Origin: Octopus bimaculoides
Lineage: Eukaryota
Reading direction: 5' to 3'
Assembly (NCBI RefSeq): GCF_001194135.2
Contig: NC_068988.1
Coordinates: 54,028,244 to 54,092,243, forward strand
Length of the DNA: 64,000 bases
Shown here piece by piece: positions 63,336-64,000 of the stretch. The position numbers and the translations under genes are program-made. Under the pieces are notes generated by a model. It worked only from the letters and a program-made list of their open reading frames with translations, ran no database searches and had not been told where the DNA came from. Each line of letters opens with the position of its first letter. The first letter of the stretch is position 1.

Positions 63336-64000
63336 CACGATTTCACTTGCCCCAGACCAGCTACGGTCTGACCACTAAGAAGAATGTTCTCAAGAAAATT
63401 CAGCAAACGCAAAGATACAAATTATAAAGAATTAATCATAGATTGGTTTCATTGTTAACTAATCACTTATGTAATTGTCTAAAGCTCTTCAGTATGATCG
63501 TTCTTTTCGATATAATTTGCAGAACTATACACGAGACGTCCGCATGAGATTGAACATGTATATAGTTCTACTAATTACATTGGGTTATATTTCAAATGTC
63601 TTCGTTTTGGCACACCAAATACTGGAAATAATTCAGCATAAAAATAATTCTCTGCAGTGTATTCTCTATATAGATTTATGCCATATAGTTATTTTCATTT
63701 TTCTAGTTGACATTATATAAAGCATGACTACTTTCAAGAACTTTCCTTCACAAGTTAACTTCACATTGTGCAACGTCCACTTTTGATATTTTGAAACACA
63801 AGATTATAACTTTGCTAAATAAACAGATTCTGTTATATCATTACCTTCCCCTTCCCTATCCTCCTCTTCTTGTCATCCTCACCTTCTTGTCTTTCCTTTG
63901 TTGTTGTCATCGTCATCCTCTTCCTCTCTGTTCCTTGCCTCCACCCCATCCCTTCCCTCCTCCTCCTCCTCCTCCTCCTCCTTCTCCTCCTTCACCTCCT

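Noticed and set aside
63435-63495. CTGAAGA...GAAAC on - strand
   Set aside because: Stem II base does not close and no GUH follows

Overview
Eukaryotic, repeat-saturated, gap-ridden genomic DNA with no intact protein-coding gene, rRNA, tRNA gene or CRISPR array that I can support. The SINE families, abundant (TA)n/(CA)n/(CAT)n microsatellites and N-gaps resemble a short-read Octopus (coleoid cephalopod) assembly; this is an inference from memory, not a database result. The window is a patchwork of three to four tRNA-derived SINE families, several RTE-clade LINE remnants (one BovB-like copy spanning about 57.1-61.4 kb with its RT core missing), an RLE-type LINE remnant, Penelope-like (PLE) remnants, Tc1/mariner/DD37D fragments and MITEs, and two head-to-head non-autonomous Helitrons. 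The most notable signal is RNA structure. Four unrelated minimal type I hammerhead-ribozyme-like motifs occur at 5702, 15716, 18517 and 27152, and two of these families are arranged as head-to-head inverted pairs, one as a 168-bp double-hammerhead palindrome. There are also several other 135-150 bp fold-back elements, a tandemly repeated H-type pseudoknot module in an RTE 3' UTR, and a decayed HDV-like ribozyme candidate at the 5' end of the BovB-like LINE. A few isolated splice-site-bounded segments may be host exons but are unproven. All coordinates and pairings were read by eye; element boundaries are approximate.
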